A model generated the notes under the pieces. That model did not search any database. It was not told where the DNA came from and saw only the letters and a program-made list of their open reading frames with translations. A DNA stretch of 64,000 nt, from contig JBJOQP010000001.1 of the NCBI GenBank assembly GCA_046049845.1, positions 27,824 to 91,823 on the forward strand, read 5' to 3'. This document shows, piece by piece, positions 40,833 to 50,564 of this stretch. The position numbers and the translations under genes are program-made. Position 1 is the first letter of the stretch. The number at the start of each line of letters is the position of its first letter. The stretch comes from Actinomycetota bacterium. GTDB lineage: Bacteria; Actinomycetota; Actinomycetes; Actinomycetales; Microbacteriaceae.

Positions 40833-41837
40833 CTAATTAACAGGAGAAATCAGTGACTGCCTATAGGTTTCAAGACTGGTCAACAAGGCTCCGTCAATTG
40901 AATCTGGCTCGCTGATCCTAAGTTCAACCGTGTTAAGCTTCAGAGCCCCAGACTTCCTATATAGAGGTTGAGCCGAAAACTCTCTGTTTAGAAGTGCTGC
41001 CACGGCGTTTAGCACGTATCTACTGGTGTTTCTCTCGACCGAGACCTGAACCCTAGGCTCAAGAGCGAGCTCTGAACTGCCAAGTTGGAGATCAGCTCCA
41101 ATAAGGTAAGGGCCATCGGCCTGATCTGGACTGATGTTCTTCCAAATGCTCTTGCCCCCGAAAATAGCTGCCACATCAGTGGAAGCCAATCGGTCCAGCT
41201 TTGTAGTCAAGGTCTTAGATGTTGGGGTTTGAGCAAAGACGGTCTTAGTTTCGGTGCCTGAAAGCTCGTCAAAGTCCTTTACCCCTCTAATGAAAGAGCT
41301 CTTCAGTTTCTTGGCATCTGAATAGGCGGGTTGAATGAACAAGTTGACGCTTTGGTTGACAGACTTGCCGGCTGCAAAGTATCCAGCCAAGCGAGCACCA
41401 CTCAGGGCATCATCTTCTACCCATCTGAAGTTTGATGGTTGGTCTGAAATTGATATCTTCCCGCCAACAAATAGCACCATCATCTTTGAATGACCGCGGG
41501 CAAACGTAGCCAAATCTGCTAAGTAGTTTGGATTTGCTGAAACCATGATTACGCACCCGCCCTGCAGCGCTTTCAGCAGACTAGTCGGGATGTACTCTTT
41601 TGAATCATCAATGCTTACTTCACGAACAGCAAGTCCATAGACAATTTTTGCTTCGACTAGATCCACGGCTAATTGTTTTTCGGGAGTTCCAGGAACGATT
41701 GTTGTCGATCGAATAAGGCAGGCTGTTGATTTTGCCTTCACATCTGGTTTGACTACTTCGGCAGGTGCACAAGAGCTAAGTCCCATGGCTAGACCTAGCA
41801 GGACAAATCCTGCAACTACTCTGCTTAGGGTTTTCAT
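40833..41837 (-). CDS. Divergent BMP-like lipoprotein
   Basis: Lipobox LSSC; GARLAGYFAA, FIRGVK and IGAD echo the BMP motifs. Confidence 0.6.
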   Translation of the reverse strand: MKTLSRVVAGFVLLGLAMGLSSCAPAEVVKPDVKAKSTACLIRSTTIVPGTPEKQLAVDLVEAKIVYGLAVREVSIDDSKEYIPTSLLKALQGGCVIMVSANPNYLADLATFARGHSKMMVLFVGGKISISDQPSNFRWVEDDALSGARLAGYFAAGKSVNQSVNLFIQPAYSDAKKLKSSFIRGVKDFDELSGTETKTVFAQTPTSKTLTTKLDRLASTDVAAIFGGKSIWKNISPDQADGPYLIGADLQLGSSELALEPRVQVSVERNTSRYVLNAVAALLNREFSAQPLYRKSGALKLNTVELRISEPDSIDGALLTSLETYRQSLISPVN

Positions 41838-41847
41838 TGGATAGTGC

Positions 41848-42966
41848 TTAGAGAACTTCGCTGTGGCCAGTTACTTTGAGCGAGTCAACTAGGTTCTTCA
41901 CTCTCTGGGCATGCTCTTTTGTAGTAACCAAAAGGGCATCAGGGGTGTCAACAACAATTACATCGTCAAGACCGATAAGAGCAACTAGGCGTCCTGTTTC
42001 TGAAACTAGGATTCCGCTGGACTTATCTGAAAGCACAGTCACTTCGCCCAACACAGCAAGGTGATTTCGCTTTCCACCTGATTGCAATTCAGCAATAGCT
42101 GCAAAGTCACCGACATCGTGCCAGCCGAATTTAGCTGGAACAACGGCCACTAGGCCTTGAGCCGCAGCCGGTTCGGCTACTGAGTAGTCAACGGCAATCT
42201 TCTTGAGAGTAGGCCAGACATCTTCGAATACCTTTTCTTGAGATGCTGTCCCCCAAGCTTCAGCCAAGATCATGATCTTGGAGTGAAGCTCTGGTTCTGT
42301 TTCTTCAAGAACAGAAAGAATGAGCGATGCAGGGGCAATGAACATTCCTGCATTCCATAGGTACTTGCCAGAAGCAACATATTTGCGAGCACGTTCAATA
42401 TCTGGCTTCTCAACAAACTTTGCTACTTCACGAGCATGCTTAGCAAAAGGAAGGTCAATCTTGTCGCCTGCTTTGATGTATCCGAAGCCAACTGATGGTT
42501 CGGATGGTTGAATACCGATGGTGACAATCTTTCCTGTGGCGGCTACCGCTACTGCCTCTTTGACGCAGTCAGTGAATTCTTTGTTGTCAGTGATGACGTG
42601 ATCTGCAGCAAAAGAACCGATGATTACATCTGGTTCTCTCTTTACAAGAATCGCAGCTGCCAGAGCAATGGCTGCAGTTGAGTCCTTAGGACTTGGTTCA
42701 AGGAAAAGGTTGTTTTCAACTAAATCTGAACATTGTTCGGAAACAGCAGTGCGGTGAGCAACACCAGTTACAACAACAATTCGATCTGCTCCAGATAGTG
42801 GAGCTAGCCTCTCCCAGGTGTCTTGCAAAAGGGTTTGACCCGACCCTGTTAGGTCATGCAAGAACTTAGGTGCGGAGGCACGAGATAGCGGCCATAGCCT
42901 GCTACCAATTCCTCCGGCAGGAATCACAGAATAGAAACGAGCCATTGGCTCTTTAGAGTCATTCAT
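41848..42966 (-). CDS. manC: Mannose-1-phosphate guanylyltransferase
   Basis: PAGGIGSRLWPLSR..PKF, EPSPKDS, FVEKP, WNAGMF, WHDVG. Confidence 0.93.
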   Translation of the reverse strand: MNDSKEPMARFYSVIPAGGIGSRLWPLSRASAPKFLHDLTGSGQTLLQDTWERLAPLSGADRIVVVTGVAHRTAVSEQCSDLVENNLFLEPSPKDSTAAIALAAAILVKREPDVIIGSFAADHVITDNKEFTDCVKEAVAVAATGKIVTIGIQPSEPSVGFGYIKAGDKIDLPFAKHAREVAKFVEKPDIERARKYVASGKYLWNAGMFIAPASLILSVLEETEPELHSKIMILAEAWGTASQEKVFEDVWPTLKKIAVDYSVAEPAAAQGLVAVVPAKFGWHDVGDFAAIAELQSGGKRNHLAVLGEVTVLSDKSSGILVSETGRLVALIGLDDVIVVDTPDALLVTTKEHAQRVKNLVDSLKVTGHSEVL

Positions 42967-43076
42967 ACTCCCAAAAGCCTAACCCAGATGGCAGGTTTGC
43001 AGATTTTTGTTTGAGTTCTTGGGTTATCATTAAGGCAAATAAGGCAAGCTTTTGCTGCCATTCAAGGAGGAGTTTC

Positions 43077-43454
43077 GTGGCTAGAAGACCTGCTGGTACT
43101 TTGTATCGAGGCAAAATAGGCATGTGGTCTTGGGTATTGCACCGTATTACTGGGGTTGGAATCTATTTCTTCCTTTTGGTACACGTTCTTGACACAGCAT
43201 TGGTCAGAGTTAGCCCTGAGGCTTACAACTCAATCATGGCCGTCTACAAAACTCCAATAGTAGGTGTAGCTGAGATTGGTCTAGTCGCAGCCATCCTTTT
43301 CCACGGATTCAACGGTATTCGTGTGATTCTCATCGATTTCTGGAGCAAAGGCTCTAAGTACCAGAACCAAATGTTCTGGATTGTCCTCGTAATCTTCGTG
43401 GTTCTAATGGCCGCCTGGGTTCCTCGCCAACTAATGCACACCTTTGGAGCGTAA
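43077..43454 (+). CDS. sdhC: Succinate dehydrogenase cytochrome b556 subunit
   Basis: GMWSWVLHRITG, FHGFNGIR; AGGAGG RBS before GTG 43077. Confidence 0.93.
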   Translation: MARRPAGTLYRGKIGMWSWVLHRITGVGIYFFLLVHVLDTALVRVSPEAYNSIMAVYKTPIVGVAEIGLVAAILFHGFNGIRVILIDFWSKGSKYQNQMFWIVLVIFVVLMAAWVPRQLMHTFGA

Positions 43455-43455
43455 A

Positions 43456-43896
43456 TTGAGCGTCGTTATTGAACAACCGAACCAGCCAAGAAGCCGCAAG
43501 AGCGCTCAGTGGGAAAAAAGAGCATGGATCTTCATGCGTATCTCAGGAGCCCTTCTACTTGTAATGATTTTGGGTCACCTAATGGTCAACCTAGTTCTTC
43601 CAGAGCGTGGCGTTAAGTCAATTGACTTTGCTTTCGTTGCTGGAAAGTGGGCTGACCCATTCTGGCAGGTCTATGACGGCATCATGCTTTGGCTTGCGCT
43701 TATTCACGGAACCAACGGAATGAGAACTCTAGTCAACGACTATTCAGAGCGTGAATGGGTAAGAAAGAGCTTGAACATTGCTCTTTGGTCTGTGGCAGCA
43801 ATATTGATCATCTTAGGAACACTTGTCATCACAACATTTGATCCATGCATCGACCCTGAAGCCGTTAACTACCTACCTAGCGTTTGTAAGCCGTAA
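43456..43896 (+). CDS. sdhD: Succinate dehydrogenase membrane anchor subunit
   Basis: [23 protein letters not shown]. Confidence 0.92.
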   Translation: MSVVIEQPNQPRSRKSAQWEKRAWIFMRISGALLLVMILGHLMVNLVLPERGVKSIDFAFVAGKWADPFWQVYDGIMLWLALIHGTNGMRTLVNDYSEREWVRKSLNIALWSVAAILIILGTLVITTFDPCIDPEAVNYLPSVCKP

Positions 43897-43904
43897 GGAA
43901 AAAA

Positions 43905-45659
43905 TTGTCAGAAGTTAAAGTTCATCACTACCAGTATGACGTTGTAATCGTTGGTGCTGGTGGTGCAGGTATGCGTGCAGCAATTGAAGCTGGACCACAT
44001 GCCAAGACTGCTGTTATCTCCAAGCTCTTCCCTACTCGTTCACACACTGGTGCTGCTCAAGGTGGTATGGCTGCTGCTCTAGCCAACGTTGAAGAAGACT
44101 CTTGGGAATGGCACACCTTCGACACTGTTAAAGGTGGAGACTACCTAGTTGACCAAGACGCTGCCGAAATTCTTGCTAAGGAATCTGTTCAGGCTGTTAT
44201 CGATCTAGAGAACATGGGTCTTCCGTTCAACAGAACACCTGACGGCAAGATTGACCAAAGACGTTTCGGTGGACACACTCGTGATCACGGTAAAGCTCCA
44301 GTTAGAAGAAGCTGTTACGCAGCAGACAGAACTGGTCACATGATCTTGCAGACTCTTTACCAAAACTGTGTGAAGTTAGGCATTGAGTTCTATAACGAGT
44401 TCTATGTTCTAGATCTAGTTATGAACACTGTTGATGGAGTTGAAAGACCTGCTGCTGTTGTTGCCTATGAACTAGCAACCGGGGACCTTCACGTCTTCCA
44501 AGGTAAGTCAATTGTTTTTGCTACCGGTGGTTTCGGGAAGATCTTCAAGACAACATCGAATGCACACACTCTTACTGGAGATGGTGTTGGCATCATCTGG
44601 CGTAAAGGTCTTCCATTGGAAGACATGGAGTTCTACCAATTCCACCCAACCGGTCTAGCTGGACTTGGAATTCTTTTGAGTGAAGCAGCCCGTGGTGAAG
44701 GAGCTATCCTTCGTAATGCTTCAGGTGAACGCTTCATGGAAAGATACGCTCCAACTATCAAGGACCTAGCTCCTAGAGACATGGTTGCCCGTGCAATGGC
44801 TAATGAAGTTAGAGAAGGAAGAGGTGCTGGCCCTAACAAGGACTACGTTCTTCTAGACCTTACTCACCTTGAGCCTGCTGTTATTGATGCCAAGCTTCCC
44901 GACATTACAGAGTTTGCTAGAACCTACCTAGGTGTTGAGCCTTACACAGAGCCTGTTCCTGTATTCCCAACTGCTCACTATGCAATGGGTGGTATTCCTA
45001 CCAACATCAAGGCCGAGGTTCTTAGAGACAACGACACCGTTGTTCCTGGTCTATATGCTGCAGGTGAGTGTGCTTGTGTATCAGTGCACGGTGCCAACCG
45101 TCTAGGTACTAACTCACTTCTAGACATCAACGTCTTCGGTAAGCGTGCAGGTATCTATGCAGTTGAGTATGCGAAGGATGCAAAGTTTGTTGATGTTCCA
45201 GCTGATGCTGTTGCAGAGACTGTGAAACTTATCGAACACATGCGTAACGCTCGTGGAACTGAAAAGATTGCGGTTATCCGTAAAGAACTTCAGGACACCA
45301 TGGACAAGAATGCTCAGGTTTACAGAACTGAAGATTCATTGAACGAAGCTCTAGACAAGATCAAAGAACTTCGTGCGAGATACGAAAACATTCAGGTTCA
45401 AGACAGAGGTCTTCGTTTCAACACAGATCTACTTGAAGCAATCGAACTTGGTTTCCTTCTAGACCTTGCAGAAGTTCTAGCCTTCACATCTCGTGAAAGA
45501 CGTGAAAGCCGCGGAGGTCACTTCCGTGAAGACTACGAAACTAGAGATGACGAAAAGTTCATGGTTCACTCAATGGCTTACAAAAAAGGCGACCAGATCG
45601 ATCTCGGCTGGAAACCAGTTGTAATTACCAACTACCCACCAATGGAGCGTAAGTACTAA
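43905..45659 (+). CDS. sdhA: Succinate dehydrogenase flavoprotein subunit
   Basis: [38 protein letters not shown]. Confidence 0.97.
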   Translation: MSEVKVHHYQYDVVIVGAGGAGMRAAIEAGPHAKTAVISKLFPTRSHTGAAQGGMAAALANVEEDSWEWHTFDTVKGGDYLVDQDAAEILAKESVQAVIDLENMGLPFNRTPDGKIDQRRFGGHTRDHGKAPVRRSCYAADRTGHMILQTLYQNCVKLGIEFYNEFYVLDLVMNTVDGVERPAAVVAYELATGDLHVFQGKSIVFATGGFGKIFKTTSNAHTLTGDGVGIIWRKGLPLEDMEFYQFHPTGLAGLGILLSEAARGEGAILRNASGERFMERYAPTIKDLAPRDMVARAMANEVREGRGAGPNKDYVLLDLTHLEPAVIDAKLPDITEFARTYLGVEPYTEPVPVFPTAHYAMGGIPTNIKAEVLRDNDTVVPGLYAAGECACVSVHGANRLGTNSLLDINVFGKRAGIYAVEYAKDAKFVDVPADAVAETVKLIEHMRNARGTEKIAVIRKELQDTMDKNAQVYRTEDSLNEALDKIKELRARYENIQVQDRGLRFNTDLLEAIELGFLLDLAEVLAFTSRERRESRGGHFREDYETRDDEKFMVHSMAYKKGDQIDLGWKPVVITNYPPMERKY

Positions 45660-46405
45660 TGAGCTCAACTATGGAAACTCAAGAACTAGGTGTAATCCCA
45701 TCCTTCACCGTCACTTTGATGGTTCGTCGTTTTGATCCTGAAACAGATGCAGAACCAAAGTGGCAAGACTTTGATGTCACCATGTTTGGAACAGATCGTG
45801 TTCTGGATGCTCTCCACAAAATCAAGTGGGAAATTGATGGCAGCCTAACTTTCAGACGATCATGTGCTCACGGTGTTTGTGGTTCTGATGCGATGCGTAT
45901 CAACGGTAGAAACCGTTTGGCTTGTAAGACTCTGATCAAAGATCTAGACATCACCCAACCTATTTATGTTGAACCAATCAAGGGTCTCAAGGTTGAGAAG
46001 GACCTAGTCGTTGACATGGAGCCTTTCTACCAGGCCTATAGAGATGTGAAGCCTTTCCTAATTGCTTCAGATACTCCGGTAGCTGAGCGAATCCAGTCAC
46101 CTGAAGACCGTGCAAGATTTGAAGACACCACAAAGTGCATTCTCTGTGCTGCCTGCACCACTTCTTGCCCAGTGTTCTGGACTGATAACCAGTACTTTGG
46201 CCCTGCAGCAATTGTGAACGCTCACCGCTTTATCTTTGACTCAAGAGATGAAGCAGCTGAAGTTCGACTAGACATCTTGAACGATAAAGAGGGTGTCTGG
46301 CGCTGCCGCACCACCTTCAACTGCACCGAGGCTTGCCCTAGAGGTATTGAAGTTACCAAGGCTATCGCTGAGGTCAAGCAGGCTGTTCTTCGCGGTCGCC
46401 GCTAA
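45659..46405 (+). CDS. sdhB: Succinate dehydrogenase Fe-S subunit
   Basis: SCAHGVCGSD, CILCAACTTSCP, CRTTFNCTEACP. Confidence 0.97.
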   Translation: MSSTMETQELGVIPSFTVTLMVRRFDPETDAEPKWQDFDVTMFGTDRVLDALHKIKWEIDGSLTFRRSCAHGVCGSDAMRINGRNRLACKTLIKDLDITQPIYVEPIKGLKVEKDLVVDMEPFYQAYRDVKPFLIASDTPVAERIQSPEDRARFEDTTKCILCAACTTSCPVFWTDNQYFGPAAIVNAHRFIFDSRDEAAEVRLDILNDKEGVWRCRTTFNCTEACPRGIEVTKAIAEVKQAVLRGRR

Positions 46406-46478
46406 GTCCACCTGAAAGTTATCTAAGAGAAACCCTTATTTACTGGGATAGTACTTTCTACCTGCTTATTCTTGGGTT

Positions 46479-46961
46479 ATGACCGAATCTAACTCCTGCC
46501 CTGCTGATGGGCTACATAGAGAGCCTAAAGACTCTCTATCTGGAGTTAGTCGCAGAAACTTCCTCAGAACCATTGCAGTTGCAGCTGGATCTCTAGGCCT
46601 CAGTTCAATTGCCTCATCCGCTCTAGCTAGCGAAAAGAAGTTCAAGATTTGTGCAACCAAAGACATCAAGGTCGGAGGTGCAAGCTCCTTCCGAGTTGCT
46701 GGAGAGAGAAACCTCATGGTTCTTATCACTCAACCAAAGCCAGGGGTCTTTAGAGCCTTTGACCAACGTTGCCCACACAACGGACTAGCCATCAATTCCA
46801 TCAGAGGTAAAAACCTTGCTTGCCAAGCTCAAGGCAGAGGACATGGATCGCAGTTTGACATGGAGTCTGGTTCACCAAGAACCGGCCCTGCAAGAAAGTC
46901 ACTACGTAGTTTCAAAGTGACAGTAGAAAAGAAATTTATCTACTTATCTATTGATGACTAA
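46479..46961 (+). CDS. Tat-exported Rieske-type [2Fe-2S] protein
   Basis: SRRNFLR twin-arginine signal; CPHNG...CQAQGRGHGSQF...GPA..SL. Confidence 0.8.
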   Translation: MTESNSCPADGLHREPKDSLSGVSRRNFLRTIAVAAGSLGLSSIASSALASEKKFKICATKDIKVGGASSFRVAGERNLMVLITQPKPGVFRAFDQRCPHNGLAINSIRGKNLACQAQGRGHGSQFDMESGSPRTGPARKSLRSFKVTVEKKFIYLSIDD

Positions 46962-48495
46962 GTTCTCTGGCTAGAGAAGGTAGTAGCGCTGGAGATGCTG
47001 ACAAAGAAGTTACTCCATAATCAATAAACAATTTTGCTGACACCGGATCGCTAGCAGCTTCACCACATATCCCCAAAGGCATTTCAGCTTCAACACAAGC
47101 TGTTGCAACTCTCTGAATTAACTTCAGAACTTCTGGCGAACGAACCTCAGATACCGGTAGTGGAGAATCCAAACGGTCATGGTTCAAGGTGTATTGAGTT
47201 AGATCATTAGTTCCGATACTTAGAAAATCAACCACCCCAACTATTTTCTTTAGGACTTCGGGTTCACAAACTTCAGGAACTTCAATCATCACACCGACTG
47301 TTTGCAGCCCTAAATCTTTTGCCATGTCAACAAACTCAGCAGCTTGCTCTGCAGTTGAAACCATCGGAGCCATAACCCATAGTTTTGCACTTGGATATTT
47401 TTGCGATGCAAGGCTCAGTGCAGTCAACTGTGTCTTTAGTGCCTCTGGGTTTGCAAGCAATGCTTGGAAACCACGATTGGCATACTTCCCTGTTTCAGTG
47501 AGCTTTAGGAATGGTAGAGGTTTATCAGTATCTAAATCCAGAACGCGAACAATCACAACTTGATCAGGGAATTGCTCAAGCAATCTTGAATACTCCAGCA
47601 CCTGTGTTTCTAGTGAGGGTGCTGTTTTCTCACCTAGGAAAAGTAGCTCTGTTCTAAAAAGGCCAACCCCTTGTGCTCCGAATGCAATAGCGGCATCACC
47701 TTCAGAACTTGAACCAAGGTTGGCATAAAGCTTCACTGGAAGAGCTAGGGAATCGATTGACAGCCCTGCTTCAGGCTGGCTTGTCTCTGCTGCTTTGGAG
47801 TACTGTTCTAGCTCTGCTTGGTCTGGTCTCACCAGCACCTGCCCACTAGAGGAGTCAACAATTAACTGATCTCCAGGCTGAATGAATTCACTGCCGTTGA
47901 CTGAAACTACAGTAGGCAGATTCATGCCCCTGGCCAAGATAGAAGTATGTGATGTTGGACTTCCCAAACTGGAAACTAGCCCAACGATGGCACTCTTCTG
48001 AAGTTTGACCATCTCTAAAGGACCAAGATTGTCAGTTACTAAAACAAAAGGTTCGCTTGGCCATAGCAGGTCTTCTTTGCCGGTGAGCTTATCAATTACT
48101 CTTTCGCCCAATTCTGATATGTCGTTTGAACGCTCTGCGAAGTATTCACCCAGTTGAGCCAATGCTTCTGCAGCAACCTTGAACGCACCAATCACAGCTC
48201 TTTGTGTATTAGCTCCATCGGCTAGACGAACTTTGATGCTCTCCATAAGAGATTGATCTTGGAGAACCAGTTTCAAGGCATCAAGTATCTCGGCAGAGTC
48301 GCCTTGTGTTTCTTCTCTTGCTTTATCAATCTCATTAGAGACTTCAGCAAGAGCTGCTCTAATAGCAACCAATCCCCTTGAAGTACCTGCTGCTTCACTG
48401 TCCCAAGGAACATATCTTTCAGTTCTGAAGATGAACGCTGGTGCGATTGACACACCTGTGCCAACACCTGCTCCAACTAAAATGCGTTCACTCAC
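46948..48495 (-). CDS. ptsI: PTS enzyme I (PEP-protein phosphotransferase)
   Basis: TSHTSILAR (phospho-His), GVGLFRTE, SIGTNDLTQY, GICGE. Confidence 0.9.
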   Translation of the reverse strand: MSERILVGAGVGTGVSIAPAFIFRTERYVPWDSEAAGTSRGLVAIRAALAEVSNEIDKAREETQGDSAEILDALKLVLQDQSLMESIKVRLADGANTQRAVIGAFKVAAEALAQLGEYFAERSNDISELGERVIDKLTGKEDLLWPSEPFVLVTDNLGPLEMVKLQKSAIVGLVSSLGSPTSHTSILARGMNLPTVVSVNGSEFIQPGDQLIVDSSSGQVLVRPDQAELEQYSKAAETSQPEAGLSIDSLALPVKLYANLGSSSEGDAAIAFGAQGVGLFRTELLFLGEKTAPSLETQVLEYSRLLEQFPDQVVIVRVLDLDTDKPLPFLKLTETGKYANRGFQALLANPEALKTQLTALSLASQKYPSAKLWVMAPMVSTAEQAAEFVDMAKDLGLQTVGVMIEVPEVCEPEVLKKIVGVVDFLSIGTNDLTQYTLNHDRLDSPLPVSEVRSPEVLKLIQRVATACVEAEMPLGICGEAASDPVSAKLFIDYGVTSLSASPALLPSLARELSHQ

Positions 48496-48528
48496 CTAAC
48501 AAGTCTAAGATGACCTTAAACTTGTCCC

Positions 48529-49356
48529 ATGCCATCTAATCTCTCTGTAGTAACCATCAACGTCAACGGTGTTAGAGCCGCCTTCAAGAAGGGCTTTGCC
48601 GAGTGGGTTGTTGAACACTCCCCTGATGTAATCGCTCTTCAAGAGGTAAGAGCTGAGACATCAGATCTAATTGAGATTTTCAACGCAATTGAAGACCTTC
48701 AGAAAGATGGCACCAAGTGGCACATCCTTCATGATTCAGCATCAGCTAAAGGCAGAGCAGGCGTGGCAGTGATATCTAAGATTGCTCCTGCAGCTTCAAG
48801 AACTACCCTTGGTCCAAAGAGTTTTGACAGTGCTGGAAGATGGCTAGAAGTAGATTTCAAGATTAAGAGCAAGATAGTCACTGTTATCAGCACCTACGTC
48901 CACTCAGGTGAAGTTGACACCCCTAAGCAGCTTGAGAAATACAAGTTCTTAGATGCAATGACCAAGCGAATGGCTGAACTTAGAAAAGAAGACGGTCTTG
49001 CGGTTGTGGTTGGAGATCTGAACGTTGGACATACCGAACTAGATATCAAGAACTGGAAGGGCAATATCAAGAATGCTGGCTTCCTACCTGAAGAACGTGC
49101 CTACTTCGATATCTGGATGCATAAGCAAGGTTGGGTAGATCTAGGTAGAGCCGCTCACCCAGAGGTACCTGGTCCATACACATGGTGGAGCTATAGAGGT
49201 CAGGCTTTTGATACCGATACCGGTTGGAGAATTGACTACCAACTAGCAACTCCAAAGCTGGCCAAGGTTGCCTCCGGCTACAAGGTTCATAGAGCAGCTA
49301 GCTATGACACCCGTTTCACGGACCATTCCCCCGTTGTTGTTGAGTACGCTATCTAA
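48529..49356 (+). CDS. xth: Exodeoxyribonuclease III (AP endonuclease)
   Basis: [36 protein letters not shown]. Confidence 0.93.
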   Translation: MPSNLSVVTINVNGVRAAFKKGFAEWVVEHSPDVIALQEVRAETSDLIEIFNAIEDLQKDGTKWHILHDSASAKGRAGVAVISKIAPAASRTTLGPKSFDSAGRWLEVDFKIKSKIVTVISTYVHSGEVDTPKQLEKYKFLDAMTKRMAELRKEDGLAVVVGDLNVGHTELDIKNWKGNIKNAGFLPEERAYFDIWMHKQGWVDLGRAAHPEVPGPYTWWSYRGQAFDTDTGWRIDYQLATPKLAKVASGYKVHRAASYDTRFTDHSPVVVEYAI

Positions 49357-49357
49357 C

Positions 49358-50365
49358 ATGACTGGCAAAGCAAATCTTCTAAGCGGCATGCAGCCGAGTG
49401 CTTCATCTCTGCATCTGGGTAACTACCTTGGGGCCCTAGTTAACTGGGTCAACATGCAAAAAGACTTCAACGCTTTTTACGTGATTGTTGATCTGCACGC
49501 CATCACAGTTCCTCAAGACCCTAACGAACTAAGAACAAACACCAGAAGAACTGCTGCCCAATACATTGCTGCAGGAATTAACCCTCAGGACTCTGCTCTG
49601 TTTGTTCAAAGCCATGTTCCAGCCCATGCTGAACTTGCATGGGTATTGAACTGCATCACTGGTTTCGGTGAAGCAAGTCGTATGACTCAGTTCAAAGACA
49701 AGTCTCAAAAAGCTGGAAGTGATTCTGCTTCAGTTGGCTTATTTACTTACCCAATTCTTCAGGCTGCTGATATATTGCTTTATCAACCAAAAGCAGTTCC
49801 GGTTGGTGAAGACCAAAGACAACACCTAGAACTAACTAGAGATCTAGCAGAACGTTTCAACTCAAGATACGGTCAAACCTTCACTATCCCTGAAGCACAT
49901 ATCTTGAAAGAGACAGCCAAGATTTACGACCTGCAGAACCCAACAGCGAAGATGTCTAAATCAGCAGCTGACCCTAAAGGATTAGTCAACCTAATGGATG
50001 ACGATTCAACCATCATGAAGAAGATCAAGAGTGCTGTTACCGACACTGATGCAAGCATCAGAGTCGACTGGGAGAACAAGCCAGGAGTAACAAACCTTCT
50101 TTCTATTCACTCCTCTATTAGTGGTGAATCTCTTGCCTCATTGGAGGATAGATTCCAAGGTGCTGGCTATGGAGTTCTAAAAGGTGAAGTAGCTGATGTG
50201 GTCATTAGTGCTCTGGGTCCAATCCGAGACAGAGCCAATGATCTAATGAGTGACACAGCCGAACTAGATCGTTTATTGGCTTCTGGTGCTGAAAAAGCAC
50301 GCGAAGTTGCCGAGACCACCTTGGCACTTGTCTATGACAGAGTCGGATTTATCCGAGCTAAGTAG
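49358..50365 (+). CDS. trpS: Tryptophan--tRNA ligase
   Basis: [34 protein letters not shown]; start at ATG 49358. Confidence 0.96.
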   Translation: MTGKANLLSGMQPSASSLHLGNYLGALVNWVNMQKDFNAFYVIVDLHAITVPQDPNELRTNTRRTAAQYIAAGINPQDSALFVQSHVPAHAELAWVLNCITGFGEASRMTQFKDKSQKAGSDSASVGLFTYPILQAADILLYQPKAVPVGEDQRQHLELTRDLAERFNSRYGQTFTIPEAHILKETAKIYDLQNPTAKMSKSAADPKGLVNLMDDDSTIMKKIKSAVTDTDASIRVDWENKPGVTNLLSIHSSISGESLASLEDRFQGAGYGVLKGEVADVVISALGPIRDRANDLMSDTAELDRLLASGAEKAREVAETTLALVYDRVGFIRAK

Positions 50366-50515
50366 CACTTCTGCAACTATTTACCTATTTGTAGGTAAAA
50401 ACAGCCTCTGTTACAGGCAAAACCCTAGCAATCTAAAGGGATGTAAGCCTTTTCCAAATCGTTATCTAGGCGTAAGCAACCAGCCCCAATTAGCCCAGAT
50501 TGCTCAACTATATTT

Positions 50516-50544
50516 TGGGTGAGACGTAATCTACGTCTCGCCCA
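50516..50544 (+). promoter_or_regulatory. Inverted repeat at the 5' end of the sugar ABC operon (operator or 5' stem-loop)
   Basis: TGGGTGAGACGTA-ATC-TACGTCTCGCCCA, just after TATATT (50509-50514) and before the AAGGAG RBS. Confidence 0.55.
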
Positions 50545-50564
50545 TTACTATCAAGGAGAAATTA

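Noticed and set aside
43016-46480. Identical 12-mer TTCTTGGGTTAT upstream of sdhC (43016) and at the Rieske start (46469)
   Set aside because: It sits in different registers relative to the putative -10 elements, and 12-mer matches are expected by chance in 64 kb.
49268-49357. Apparent xth/trpS overlap
   Set aside because: trpS more plausibly starts at ATG 49358, just before the SGMQP motif.
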